In this document: positions 36,714 to 46,138 of the stretch, one piece after another | Position numbering within the stretch: the first letter of the stretch is position 1 | Layout: every line of letters starts with the position of its first letter | NCBI GenBank assembly: GCA_965224025.1 | Contig: OZ245033.1 | Coordinates: 256,001-320,000 of the forward strand | DNA length: 64,000 nt | Source: Candidatus Multivorans sp. | Lineage (GTDB): Bacteria; Acidobacteriota; Thermoanaerobaculia; Multivoradales; Multivoraceae | Reading direction: 5' to 3' | Notes under the pieces: model-generated | Database searches by the model: none | Seen by the model: the letters and a program-made list of their open reading frames with translations, nothing else | Told to the model about the DNA's origin: nothing | Made by a program: the position numbers and the translations under genes

Positions 36714-37742
36714 ATGAAGCGACCACAGGACCACCTCTCCCGCCCTGGCAAAGCGCACGTCCTACTGGGTGCGCCGGCCTTCTGGCCGGCTTCTGAAAGA
36801 ACGCCGCCGCGAAGCGGCGTCCGCGGTCGGCCGCGGCGCGAAGGACAACCAAGCGTTCCGGGTAGCGGATTCCGCCTAAGGGCGGATGCCGGCCAGAAGG
36901 CCGGCGCACCCAGTGGCGGAATGGCGGCTTTCCTCCTGCTCTGCCTCACCTGCCCGCTCCTAGTCGCCGCCTGCGCCGCCCCGCCGCCCGAGGGAGCGGC
37001 CGCTCCCGTCACCCCCGACGACGTCGCCAACTGGCGCGCAATCGACCTCAGCCACTCCTACGGCGACACCACGCTCTACTGGCCGACCGACACCAGGGGC
37101 TTCGACCTCGAGACCCTCGCCGAGGGCCACACGGACGCCGGCTACTTCTACGCCGCCAAACAGTTCGCGACCACCGAGCACGGCGGCACCCACCTCGACG
37201 CCCCCGTCCACTTCGCCGAAGGCGGCGACGACGTCGCCTCGATCCCGCTCGACCGGCTGATCCTGCCCGGCATCGTCGTCGACGTCACCGCACAGGCGGC
37301 CGCCGACCCCGACTACCTGGTGACCGCCGCGGATATCGGCGCCTGGGAAGAGCAGCACGGCCCGGTGCCGGCCGGCGCCGCCGTCCTCATCCGCACCGGC
37401 TGGCCGGACCGCTGGCCCGACGTCCTCGCCTACCTCGGCGACGACACTCCGGGAGACGCGAGCAACCTCCACTTCCCCGGGGTCGGCGAGGACGCAGCCC
37501 GCCTGCTGATCGAAGAGCGGGGCATCGGCATGCTCGGCATCGACACCGCCAGCGTCGACTACGGCCAGTCGACCGACTTCATCGTCCACCAGATCGGCGG
37601 CGCCGCCGGCGTCCCCAACCTGGAGAACGTCGGCGACCTGTCGGAACTGCCGGAGACCGGCTTCCTGCTCGTCGCCCTGCCGATGAAGATCGAGGGCGGC
37701 ACCGGCGCACCGGTGCGGATCGTGGCGCTGGTTCCGCGGTAG
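36714..37742 (+). CDS. Cyclase (kynurenine formamidase-like) lipoprotein
   Basis: EHGGTHLDAPVHF, IRTGW, GIDTASVD, LEN, GGTGAPVR; RBS-backed ATG 36714 reads through a REP doublet; alternative ATG 36921. Confidence 0.85.
   Translation: MKRPQDHLSRPGKAHVLLGAPAFWPASERTPPRSGVRGRPRREGQPSVPGSGFRLRADAGQKAGAPSGGMAAFLLLCLTCPLLVAACAAPPPEGAAAPVTPDDVANWRAIDLSHSYGDTTLYWPTDTRGFDLETLAEGHTDAGYFYAAKQFATTEHGGTHLDAPVHFAEGGDDVASIPLDRLILPGIVVDVTAQAAADPDYLVTAADIGAWEEQHGPVPAGAAVLIRTGWPDRWPDVLAYLGDDTPGDASNLHFPGVGEDAARLLIEERGIGMLGIDTASVDYGQSTDFIVHQIGGAAGVPNLENVGDLSELPETGFLLVALPMKIEGGTGAPVRIVALVPR
36764..36914. repeat. Inverted REP family B doublet (empty IS110 target)
   Basis: ACTGGGTGCGCCGGCCTTCTGGCCGGC ... GCCGGCCAGAAGGCCGGCGCACCCAGT, 27-bp perfect inverted arms. 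Confidence 0.88.
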
Positions 37743-37751
37743 GACCGAAGC

Positions 37752-38270
37752 TCAGGTCCCGGCGGGTTCCCCGCCCGACAGCCGGCCCTCGTCATCGATC
37801 AGGACGATCCTGCTCGGTCGATCGGATCCCCACTTCCACAGCACCAGGTTCAGATCGTTCGGCCCCGCGCCGTGAGCGAAGCTCGGGACCACCATCCCCA
37901 CCTGGCCGGCGGCGACCAAACGATCGGCCAGAGCCTGCGAGCGCGGAACAGCCCGGGCCAGCATCTCGGCCTCCCAGGTCGGACACGCCAGGTCCGCTTC
38001 GCTGACGCTCAACTCTGCCCGCTCACGGTCATCTCTCGTGTCGCAGACCGGTTCCGCGTCCACTTCGTAGGCGCAGAGCACGAGCGGCTGCATCGGTCTG
38101 CCCAGGGGTTGCGCTTCGCGGATTGCCGTCAGTGGGCTGAGCGAGGTGTAGAGCGCCGCAACACCGCTCCGGTTGAAGCGTCCGCCGTGCCGGCGCGCGC
38201 CCTCACCCGAAAGCGGCGTCCAGGACCATTGGGAGTTGTGCGCCCGGTAGACGACGCCGCGGAATCGCAC
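37752..38270 (-). CDS. RES-domain toxin (MbcT/ParT-like)
   Basis: SGEGARRHGGRFN, LYTS, AIRE, VPSFA, NLVLW. Confidence 0.88.
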   Translation of the reverse strand: MRFRGVVYRAHNSQWSWTPLSGEGARRHGGRFNRSGVAALYTSLSPLTAIREAQPLGRPMQPLVLCAYEVDAEPVCDTRDDRERAELSVSEADLACPTWEAEMLARAVPRSQALADRLVAAGQVGMVVPSFAHGAGPNDLNLVLWKWGSDRPSRIVLIDDEGRLSGGEPAGT

Positions 38271-38284
38271 TGGCGGAACGCAGC

Positions 38285-38635
38285 CTACGCGTAGCCGCCG
38301 GCCACGATCCGGTCGAGATACGCGTGGACCTGGTCCGCCTGGCCTGCCCGCAGCAGGGAATCCGCCGTGGCGCCGCCAAACCCGGGCAGCGGCTCGGCCC
38401 GAAACCAGGCGTAGGCGGCAAGCGGCGAGCCCGTCTGTTCTTCGACCCGGTTCAGGATCTCCAGCATCTGGCGGAGCCGGACCTGAGTCTTGCGAGCCCG
38501 GACCCGGGACGACCGCGAGAAGGCGTCTCGTCCCAGACCAAGGGTACCGGCGATCTCCGCCTTGGTCGTGCGCAACTCGGATGCGATGAGCACCGGGGAG
38601 AAGACCTGATCTTTGACGAACTCCTGGAAACGCAT
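38285..38635 (-). CDS. Xre/MbcA/ParS-like antitoxin
   Basis: AYAWFRAEPLPGFGGATADSLL; directly upstream of the RES toxin. Confidence 0.85.
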   Translation of the reverse strand: MRFQEFVKDQVFSPVLIASELRTTKAEIAGTLGLGRDAFSRSSRVRARKTQVRLRQMLEILNRVEEQTGSPLAAYAWFRAEPLPGFGGATADSLLRAGQADQVHAYLDRIVAGGYA

Positions 38636-38653
38636 GACGGCGACCTCGTGGTT

Positions 38654-38675
38654 AGTCACGCAGTATAGCGTGACT
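38654..38675 (-). promoter_or_regulatory. Operator palindrome around the -10 box of the RES-Xre operon
   Basis: AGTCACGC-[TATACT on minus strand]-GCGTGACT perfect 8-bp inverted repeat. Confidence 0.55.
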
Positions 38676-38759
38676 CTGTGTGTCAACCGCAAACCGCCCA
38701 AGTGCTGACTTGCGCTCTGTTCCGCCGAGGTCACGATCCATCTTCCTTGGTCGCAACGG

Positions 38760-39926
38760 TCAGTCCATCGCCGCAAGCTGCGTCATCACCGTCTGCAGCG
38801 GCACGGCGGTCGTCGTCTTCGACACGGGGAACTCCTCGTCTCCCGAGTACACCACCATGCGTCTTGCCGCATTCAGGTCATAGGCGGCGAGTTCGAAGCC
38901 GCGGCTCGTGCGCGGCGCCGACGATCTCTTGACCTCGATCGCCCACAGTTGTTGGTCGGGCAACTGCAGCAGGAGATCGATCTCCGCTCCAGCTCGCGTC
39001 CGGTAGAACCAGGGGATCGTCCCGAAGGGCGCGGAGGCGATCAGATTCTCGATCGCGAAGCCCTCCCAGCTCGGCCCGACGACGGGATGCGAGAGCACGT
39101 CGTCGAAGGTGGCGAGGCCGAGAAGGGTGTGCAGAAGACCGCTGTCCCGGATGTACACCTTCGGCGACTTGACGAGCCGCTTGCCGACGTTCGCGAAGTA
39201 CGGCTGAAGTCTCCGCACGAGCATCAGGTCGACCAGGAGGTCGACATAGCGACCAATCGCCGGCACGGAGACATCCATGCTGCGGGCTAACTGGGAGGCG
39301 TTGAACACGCCGCCCTGGCGGTGGGCGAGCATGGTCCAGAACCTCCTCAGGGTCTCGGCAGGAATGCGGATGCCGAACTGCGGGATGTCCCGTTCGAGGT
39401 AGGTACGGATGAAGCTGAGTCTCCAACGGGCCGCGGCCGCGTCGCTCTTGGCCAGGAACGGATCCGGGAAACCTCCGCGTATCCAGAGCCGGTCCCGTTC
39501 GGAAGCGGTCTCAAGGACGTCGAGTCCGGGAAGCTCGTCGTAGACAACGCGTCCTGCCAACGACTCAGCCGATTGCCTGAGGAGGGTATGGGACGCAGAA
39601 CCGAGAAGCAGGAACTGCCCGATGCGGCGACCGTGGCGGCGACGCCGGTCGATCTGCCCTCGCAGTACCTCGAAAAGGCCCGGCACGCGCTGGATCTCGT
39701 CCAGAATGACGAGCCGTCCAGCCTGATGCTCCAGGTAGGCGGCAGGATTGGCAAGCCGGGCCGCATGGTCCGGGTTCTCCAGGTCGAGGTAGATGCTGTC
39801 GGACACCTGATCCGCTATGGCGCGGGCCAGGGTCGTCTTGCCGATCTGGCGTGGACCCAGGAGCACCACCGCCGGCGCTTCCTCCAGCGCACGGAGGATT
39901 CTCTGCTTGGAACGACGCTCGATCAT
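38760..39926 (-). CDS. AAA_14 ATPase with DUF4143 domain
   Basis: GPRQIGKTT, ILDEIQ, LLGSAS, SLAGR, GGFP, KSPKVYIRDSG, EIDLL..IEVK. Confidence 0.9.
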   Translation of the reverse strand: MIERRSKQRILRALEEAPAVVLLGPRQIGKTTLARAIADQVSDSIYLDLENPDHAARLANPAAYLEHQAGRLVILDEIQRVPGLFEVLRGQIDRRRRHGRRIGQFLLLGSASHTLLRQSAESLAGRVVYDELPGLDVLETASERDRLWIRGGFPDPFLAKSDAAAARWRLSFIRTYLERDIPQFGIRIPAETLRRFWTMLAHRQGGVFNASQLARSMDVSVPAIGRYVDLLVDLMLVRRLQPYFANVGKRLVKSPKVYIRDSGLLHTLLGLATFDDVLSHPVVGPSWEGFAIENLIASAPFGTIPWFYRTRAGAEIDLLLQLPDQQLWAIEVKRSSAPRTSRGFELAAYDLNAARRMVVYSGDEEFPVSKTTTAVPLQTVMTQLAAMD

Positions 39927-40103
39927 CCTCGCTAATCTAACGGTTACCGTTAAAAAAGCAAGGCTGGCGGCTCCAGCTACGTTGCCCCGCGACCGCCCGG
40001 GCACCGTAGTAGAGTCCGCTATCCCACCCACAACACAACCCAAGGAACCGGCACGCCGGGGCCTACGATGCGCGCAACCGCGTCACACTACGAGGAGACA
40101 CTC

Positions 40104-40835
40104 ATGCGGTACACCACTTCCCTTCTTGCGGCGACAGCGCTACTGGCGCTGGCGGCCATGCCCGCGGCGGCCGGCTCGATGGACGTCGATCTCAAGGCGG
40201 CCGACGGCACGATGCTCAAGGCGACCTACATGTCGCCCGGCAAGCCGGGTCCGGCGATGCTGCTGATCCACCAGTGCAACATGGACCGGAAGTCCTGGTC
40301 GGGCATCGCGTCGCAGTTGGTTGACGCGGGAGTGCATGTGTTGACGATGGACCTGCGCGGCTTCGGCGAGAGCGGCGGCGCCGGCATTCGCGAGGCCGGC
40401 GGGTTCCCGCCGTTCCTGCAGACGGCGACTGGCGACGTGGACATGGCGTTCGACTACCTGAGCAAGCAGGAAGGCGTCGACACGGACCGGATGGCGGCCG
40501 GGGGCGCCAGTTGCGGCGCGATGCTGACGGCCGATCTGGCCGCGCGCCGGCCGGTGAAGGCGCTGATGCTGCTGTCAGGGCCGCCGAGCGCGGCAGCGGT
40601 GGAGAACATGGCCGCGAAGCCCGACCTGGCGGTCTTCGCTGCCGCGGCGACCGGCGACACGATCACGGCCGGCGTCGACAAGCAGCTCAAGGGCGCGGTC
40701 GACGGGTCGAAGCACCCGAACTCAACGGCGAAGATCTACGACGGGACCGAGCACGGCCTGCCGATGTTCGCGAAGAATGCGGATCTGGAGCCGGCGCTGG
40801 TCGGCTGGCTGAAGATGGAGTTGGTGGGGAAGTAG
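40104..40835 (+). CDS. Secreted alpha/beta hydrolase
   Basis: Signal peptide, DLRGFGES, GASCG nucleophile elbow, GTEHG. Confidence 0.8.
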   Translation: MRYTTSLLAATALLALAAMPAAAGSMDVDLKAADGTMLKATYMSPGKPGPAMLLIHQCNMDRKSWSGIASQLVDAGVHVLTMDLRGFGESGGAGIREAGGFPPFLQTATGDVDMAFDYLSKQEGVDTDRMAAGGASCGAMLTADLAARRPVKALMLLSGPPSAAAVENMAAKPDLAVFAAAATGDTITAGVDKQLKGAVDGSKHPNSTAKIYDGTEHGLPMFAKNADLEPALVGWLKMELVGK

Positions 40836-41100
40836 GCGGCTGCCGCTGGTGCGGCGGCGCCCGGAATGCCGGCCAGAAGGCCGGCGCACCTGTACCTTTC
40901 CGGGATGCATTCTGGCGTGTCGTTGAGAGAGGTGGAATGGACCAGTAGCCGTCGTGGCTGCGGTAGCTGTGGGAAACCGGCTTGCCGGTTTTCCAAGGTC
41001 CGGCGGGAAACGGTCTGCCGTTTTCCGCCGGGCCGGCAGCTTCCGCAGCCGAGACCGCCGGTCGGTTGCGTCTCCGGCCTGCCGGAGTCACTGAAGGAAA

Positions 41101-41255
41101 GTCGGCAAGCAGCCAGGAGCAACCACCGGCGTACTGTGCTTCGAGCACCTGGCTGGGACCCGTGCCCTGGCTGCTTCGCCGCGTTGGACGCCCAGTGGAG
41201 AGTCAGTGCCTTAGAGCACCAGTACAGGTACGGGCAGGCAACGCGGCATGCCGAC
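41101..41255 (+). ncRNA. IS110 bridge RNA core, copy 2
   Basis: Same architecture as copy 1; LTG variant CCGGCGTAC at 41126-41134. Confidence 0.85.
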
Positions 41256-41290
41256 CAGGCAACACTACCGCAAGGGAGAAGGAGGACGAG

Positions 41291-42544
41291 ATGACCAGGA
41301 CGTGGTTCGTCGGCGTGGACTGGGGGTCCGAGACCCACCACGTGTGTGTGCTGGATCGGGACGGCAAGGTGAGGGGGGAGCGGGCGTTCGACCACAGCGG
41401 CAAGGGACTTGCCGCCATGGCCGACTGGCTCCTTGGACATACCCGACCGACGTCTCCGGACGAGATCGGCGTCGCCATCGAGGTGCCGCACGGACCGGTG
41501 GTCGAGACTCTCCTGGAGCGGGGCTTCGCCGTGCATTCGATCAACCCCAAGCAGCTCGACCGCTTCAGGGACCGCTTCTCCGTCGCCGGCGCCAAGGATG
41601 ACCGCCGCGATGCACGGGCGCTCGCCGCCGCGCTTCGCACCGACCCCGAGTGCCTGAACCGCGTGCAACCATCCGATGCAGCCATCGTGATGCTGCGCGA
41701 GGTGTCCCGCGGCCGCAAGCAGTTGGTCGGCCAGAAGAACCGCCTGGAGAACCAGGTCCGCGACCAGCTCTGGCGCTACTACCCGCAGTTTCTCGCCGTG
41801 GTCAAGAACGAGGTGTCGGCGCCCTTCGCGCTGGCCTTGTGGCGACTGGCGCCGACCCCCGACAAGGCTCGACGGCTGCGCGAAGACACGCTCGCCAAAC
41901 TGCTCAAGGAACACCGCATCCGGCGCCTGACTGCCGCCCAACTGCGCGATCAACTGCGGGCCGAGCCGATCGCCGTTTCCCCGGACACCGTTAAGGCCGC
42001 CGTCGAACACATAGGACTCCTCCGGCCGGTGCTCGACACCGTCTGCCGCCAACTCGCCGACGCCGAAAGGCGGCTGGAGCGGATGACCCGCGCACTCGAA
42101 GCCGACCTCTCCCGGGAAAACGACGACGACACGCCCAAGCCGAGCGACGCCGCCATCCTCAGGTCGCTGCCCGGACTCGGCAAGGTCGGCCTCGCCACCC
42201 TGCTCTCCGAGGCCGATCAAAGCCTGGGCCGCAGAGACTACGAGGCACTGCGTTGCCTCTGCGGAGTGGCGCCGGTGACCGTCAAGTCCGGCAAGAAGCT
42301 CATCGTCATGCGACGACTCGCCGCCAACGAACACCTCAGCGACGCCGTCTATCACTGGGGACGAGTCGCCATCCAGCACGACCCGATCAGCCGCGCCAAG
42401 TACGACGCCATGAAAGCCGAAGGCAAGACACACGGACGAGCCATCAGACAACTCGTCGATCGACTCCTCGGCGTCGCCTGCGCCATGCTCCGAGACCGCA
42501 CTCTCTTCGACCCCAACAAGAGAAGCCATGCCCAGGTCGCATGA
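41291..42544 (+). CDS. IS110 DEDD recombinase (417 aa)
   Basis: Near-identical to 33436-34689 with catalytic motifs intact. Confidence 0.95.
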   Translation: MTRTWFVGVDWGSETHHVCVLDRDGKVRGERAFDHSGKGLAAMADWLLGHTRPTSPDEIGVAIEVPHGPVVETLLERGFAVHSINPKQLDRFRDRFSVAGAKDDRRDARALAAALRTDPECLNRVQPSDAAIVMLREVSRGRKQLVGQKNRLENQVRDQLWRYYPQFLAVVKNEVSAPFALALWRLAPTPDKARRLREDTLAKLLKEHRIRRLTAAQLRDQLRAEPIAVSPDTVKAAVEHIGLLRPVLDTVCRQLADAERRLERMTRALEADLSRENDDDTPKPSDAAILRSLPGLGKVGLATLLSEADQSLGRRDYEALRCLCGVAPVTVKSGKKLIVMRRLAANEHLSDAVYHWGRVAIQHDPISRAKYDAMKAEGKTHGRAIRQLVDRLLGVACAMLRDRTLFDPNKRSHAQVA

Positions 42545-42605
42545 CCTCCCTGACCCGCAGCAGCCTCCCCAAAACACACTTGCTAAAGGGTGGAGAGTCC
42601 CAGTG

Positions 42606-42675
42606 CCGGAATGCCGGCCGGAAGGCCGGCGCACCCAGTGCCGGAATGCCGGCCGGAATGCCGGCGTACCCAGTG
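42606..42675 (+). repeat. Tandem 35-bp REP family B units (units 2 and 3 of a three-unit array)
   Basis: CCGGAATGCCGGCCGGAA(G/T)GCCGGCG(C/T)ACCCAGTG twice; unit 1 is 40861-40890 plus 42601-42605, split by IS110. Confidence 0.88.
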
Positions 42676-42677
42676 AT

Positions 42678-43793
42678 CTACCGCAGTTCGGCGGTCTTGT
42701 TGCGCTCGATCAGGTCGAAGTCGATCTCGACTCCGAGGCCCGGGGCCATCGGGGCGTGGACGTAGCCCTCTGAATCGACCTCGATGTCTTCGACGAGGCC
42801 GTACTTCTGCGCGGCCGCCGGCAGCAGGACCTCGAACCACTCGCAGTTGCGGATCGCGGCGCTGATGTGCAGGTGGGCGACGTTGTTCAGCGAGTTGCCG
42901 CCGTGGTGGATCTCGAAGTTCATCCCGAAGCCCTCGGCCAGGTGGGCCGCCTTGAGGCAGCCGGTGATGCCGCCCTTGAGCGCGACGTCGCCGCGCAGGT
43001 AGTCGGTCGCCTGGTTGTAGATCCACGGCGCGAACGAGTCGTACCAGGCGCCGGGGAACTCGGTCGCCATGATCGGAATGCGAAGCTGCTGGCGCAGCTT
43101 CGTGTAGTTGTAGATGTCCTGGTCGCCCAGGGGATCCTCGTACCACTCGAAGTCGAGATCCTCGATCAGCTTGCCGACCCGTAGCGCCGAGGGGTAGTCG
43201 TAGCCCCAGGTCGAATCGAGCATCAACGGGAAACCGTCGCCGACCGCCTCGCGGACGGCCTTGCAGATCCGCATGTCGTCCCGCCAGACGCGGAACGGGT
43301 GGATCTTGTAGCCCTGCCAGCCCGCGGCCTGGTACGACTTGGCCTGCTCGACGTAGGCCTCGACATCAGGCTGCTGCTCGGAGCTGGCGTACGCGGGCAG
43401 CTTCTCCCGGTACGTCCCGAGCAGCCGGTGAACAGGCTCCCCCGCCGCCTTGCCGGCGATGTCCCAGAGCGCCACGTCGACGGCGCCGACCACCCAGGGC
43501 TGGACGACCAGCCGCCGCTCCAGCATCTCCTGGTAGAGCTGCTCACGGGCCAGCGGGTCGCGGCCCATCACGATCGGTTTGAGCATCCGCAGCAGGGTCC
43601 GTGCGGTCATGCTCGTCCCCATGCCGAGGAACGAATGGCCCTCGACTCCGTCGTCGGTACGGATCGTCACCAGGCCGAGTTCGCCTGTGCGGTTCGGCTG
43701 GCCGGCCGGGTCGAACGGCCCGCGTCCCAGGTAGGAGTGCGGCGGAATGTCGTTCCAGGCGAAGAGGGTGATGCTGAGGTCGTCGATCTTCAT
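42678..43793 (-). CDS. Mandelate racemase/muconate lactonizing enzyme family protein
   Basis: MKIDDL, AVDVALWDIAGK, YKIH, LMLD, WYEDP, ATE, PGLGVEID. Confidence 0.9.
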   Translation of the reverse strand: MKIDDLSITLFAWNDIPPHSYLGRGPFDPAGQPNRTGELGLVTIRTDDGVEGHSFLGMGTSMTARTLLRMLKPIVMGRDPLAREQLYQEMLERRLVVQPWVVGAVDVALWDIAGKAAGEPVHRLLGTYREKLPAYASSEQQPDVEAYVEQAKSYQAAGWQGYKIHPFRVWRDDMRICKAVREAVGDGFPLMLDSTWGYDYPSALRVGKLIEDLDFEWYEDPLGDQDIYNYTKLRQQLRIPIMATEFPGAWYDSFAPWIYNQATDYLRGDVALKGGITGCLKAAHLAEGFGMNFEIHHGGNSLNNVAHLHISAAIRNCEWFEVLLPAAAQKYGLVEDIEVDSEGYVHAPMAPGLGVEIDFDLIERNKTAELR

Positions 43794-43884
43794 GGATGCG
43801 TGATCTCCCTTGAAATCCCGGCGGTCACCGCCGAATCTTCAAGCTAGCAGCGCCGCTACACTTCGCTATGTCGTTCCGGCCGCC

Positions 43885-44085
43885 ATGGAATCTCATACCA
43901 AGACACGCGCCGTGGGCAAAGCACTGCTCGCTGTGTTGATCGGCATTCTCGCCGGTGCTGGGTTCAATGCTGCGCTCGGTGAGAAAGGCGCGGACACGCC
44001 GGCGCTCGCGTTGATCGGCGGTGCAGTGGCGCTCGTCGTCGTGGTCGTGCGGGCTCGACGGCGAGCGCGAGAGTCACAGCCCTAG
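43885..44085 (+). CDS. Small two-TM hypothetical membrane protein
   Basis: Two hydrophobic stretches followed by an Arg-rich tail. Confidence 0.45.
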   Translation: MESHTKTRAVGKALLAVLIGILAGAGFNAALGEKGADTPALALIGGAVALVVVVVRARRRARESQP

Positions 44086-46025
44086 GGCGTGTACCAGATC
44101 GGCGACGACCAGGCGCGTTCCTGGATGGTTGCCGGGAAGTCCTGGCGGGGAGTTGTACCGGCTCGGATCGCGTCCCAGGACGACCAGCGGCAGGTGGGGT
44201 TCTCCAGGACCCGGGCGTAGTAGAAGGCGCGCTGGCCCGGATCGAAGTCGGCGTCGGTCCAGATGGTCTTCAGTTCCGCGGCGCCGACCCCGGTGCTGGT
44301 CGAGCAGTCGCTGAGATCGACGGTGGCGCCGTTGTCGGGGCAACGGTTGGTGGCCGGGTCGACTTCGAGGCCGTCGGAGCAGGCGACGTCGTAGACTATC
44401 TCCGCGGTTTCGCCCCCGGATTCCCAGCCCTTGACGATCTGCATGCGCTGGAGCGGGGCGGCCATGGTGTCCTGCATGGCCCAGACGAGGAAGCTGGGTG
44501 CTGAGTCGCCGTCGTCACCGGTGAGGTCGCCGCCCATCGCGACGCCGGCCTCGTACGCACCCGCGACGAGGTCCGGGTCGTCGAGGTCGAGGCCGGCCAG
44601 GGCCGACCCGCCGAAGAAACGGACCTGGATCCGGGTACCGCTGGTGGCGAAGGTCTCCTTGCGCCGGAAGGCGTCGAAGATCGACTCTCGGGTGTTCTCG
44701 TCGGCCCACGCGGCGGCGAGGCCGGAGGCGCCGTTGGTGATCGCGGTCGTGAAGGGATAGATGCGGCCGGTGCCGTCGTCGATCGGCTGTGCGGCGGCAG
44801 TGGGGTTCTGCAGGTCGGCCCCGGCCCCGGGCTGGCTGGGAACCGAGCCGCGCTGCTCGGCGGTCTGCTGCATGAGGCCCGAAGCGCCCCAGTAGTTCTC
44901 TTCGTCGAAGGAGCCGGCGGCGACGTGGGTGTCGGACGAGCCGATCACGCCGACCTTGTAGGGGTTCGACACGCCGCCCGCTTCGATCGTCAGGCCGCGG
45001 CGAAGGGCGTCGCGCACGTAGCTGCCCGGCGGCTCGCTCAGGATGCTGGTCGAGACGCGGTAGGGCATGATCTCGAAGCCCGCCCACTCGTCGTTCGGCG
45101 ACAGGGCCGGGTGGGTCTCGGAGGTGCCCTTGGTCTGGGTGATCTCGACGATCGGCTCGTTGCGGCTGCGGAGGTCGGAGTAGGCCTGGTCGATCGCGCC
45201 GCCCTCGAAGTACTCGTATTCGAACATCCGCCCGCCGGACCCGTTCGTGTTGTGGGGAATCGCGATCGCCTCGTAGCCGTCGGCGCGCCACTCGTCCATC
45301 CGCGCCCAGAGGTCCTCCGGGTTGTACGAGTCGAGCCGGGAGAACGGGATGTCCGGCGCCTCGGCGCCGCGGAAGACGACATTGCGGTGCAGGTTCTCGT
45401 AGATGCCGCCGGCGCCGGCCGACGTGTACTCGTAGGCGATGAAGGTCGTGAACACGCCGGGCTCGTAGTGGCGGTTCGCGGAGGCCGCGATCTCGCTCCA
45501 GGCGGAGCGCACGACATCCTTGTCGAGATGCTCGCGGATACTCGGATCGGCGTCGGCCATGTAGCGCACGTAGGGCTGCATGGCGGCGAAGATGCCCCGC
45601 CGCTCCTGGACGGTTTCGGCGTTGCGGACTGTCTCGGCCGCGGGGTGGTTGTACGCCGGCTGGTCGGGGTCGGTCATCGCGGGCAGCATGCCGAGGTAGT
45701 TCGCGTGGTCCGCGACGCCCTGGAAGTCGAGCGGCCGGTCGAGCTGGAGGTCGAAACCGGCCGGGTGCTTGATCGGGTTCCCCTTGGCGAACTCGTAGGC
45801 CTCGTCCGGGCCGGCCCGGGTCGCGAACACGAAGGCGTCGTAGGAGTACTTCGTGTGGACGTGCAGGTCGCCGAAGAACGCCTGGCGGTCGGCGGGCGGT
45901 CCGGCATCGGCCGCGGAGGCGCCGGCAGGCGTGGCGGACGTGCCCGACGAGTCCGAATCGCCGGCGGCGCAACCAAGGGTCAGGAGTACGGTCAGGCTCA
46001 GGATCAGAACGGCTATTCGGCGCAC
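44082..46025 (-). CDS. DUF3604-family PHP-like metallo-lipoprotein
   Basis: FFGDLHVHTKYSYD, ADHA, NLHRNV, IPHN, SSDTH, ETFATSG, QERAWSSPIWY; start approximate. Confidence 0.85.
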   Translation of the reverse strand: MRRIAVLILSLTVLLTLGCAAGDSDSSGTSATPAGASAADAGPPADRQAFFGDLHVHTKYSYDAFVFATRAGPDEAYEFAKGNPIKHPAGFDLQLDRPLDFQGVADHANYLGMLPAMTDPDQPAYNHPAAETVRNAETVQERRGIFAAMQPYVRYMADADPSIREHLDKDVVRSAWSEIAASANRHYEPGVFTTFIAYEYTSAGAGGIYENLHRNVVFRGAEAPDIPFSRLDSYNPEDLWARMDEWRADGYEAIAIPHNTNGSGGRMFEYEYFEGGAIDQAYSDLRSRNEPIVEITQTKGTSETHPALSPNDEWAGFEIMPYRVSTSILSEPPGSYVRDALRRGLTIEAGGVSNPYKVGVIGSSDTHVAAGSFDEENYWGASGLMQQTAEQRGSVPSQPGAGADLQNPTAAAQPIDDGTGRIYPFTTAITNGASGLAAAWADENTRESIFDAFRRKETFATSGTRIQVRFFGGSALAGLDLDDPDLVAGAYEAGVAMGGDLTGDDGDSAPSFLVWAMQDTMAAPLQRMQIVKGWESGGETAEIVYDVACSDGLEVDPATNRCPDNGATVDLSDCSTSTGVGAAELKTIWTDADFDPGQRAFYYARVLENPTCRWSSWDAIRAGTTPRQDFPATIQERAWSSPIWYTP

Positions 46026-46138
46026 GGCGGGCCTCCCCTCGGCCAGTGGGATCTCGGATTGGTTGCCAGTGTAGCGACCTGCGGCGGCGCTAGGATGAAC
46101 GGCCAACCCGTTTCCTGTCCGCCTCGTCTGGAGGAGCC

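Larger units (their letters stand above)
40891..42600 (+). mobile_element. IS110-family element, copy 2 (1710 bp)
   Basis: Same ends (CC|TGTACC ... GGTGGAGAGT|CC) and same insertion point in a family-B REP as copy 1. Confidence 0.93.

Noticed and set aside
38662-38686. TTGACA and TATACT as a canonical promoter pair
   Set aside because: The spacer is only 13 nt; only the -10 box and operator palindrome were kept
40861-42675. 35-bp direct repeats as a CRISPR array
   Set aside because: Units are contiguous with no unique spacers, no cas genes are present, and they are copies of the dispersed REP family
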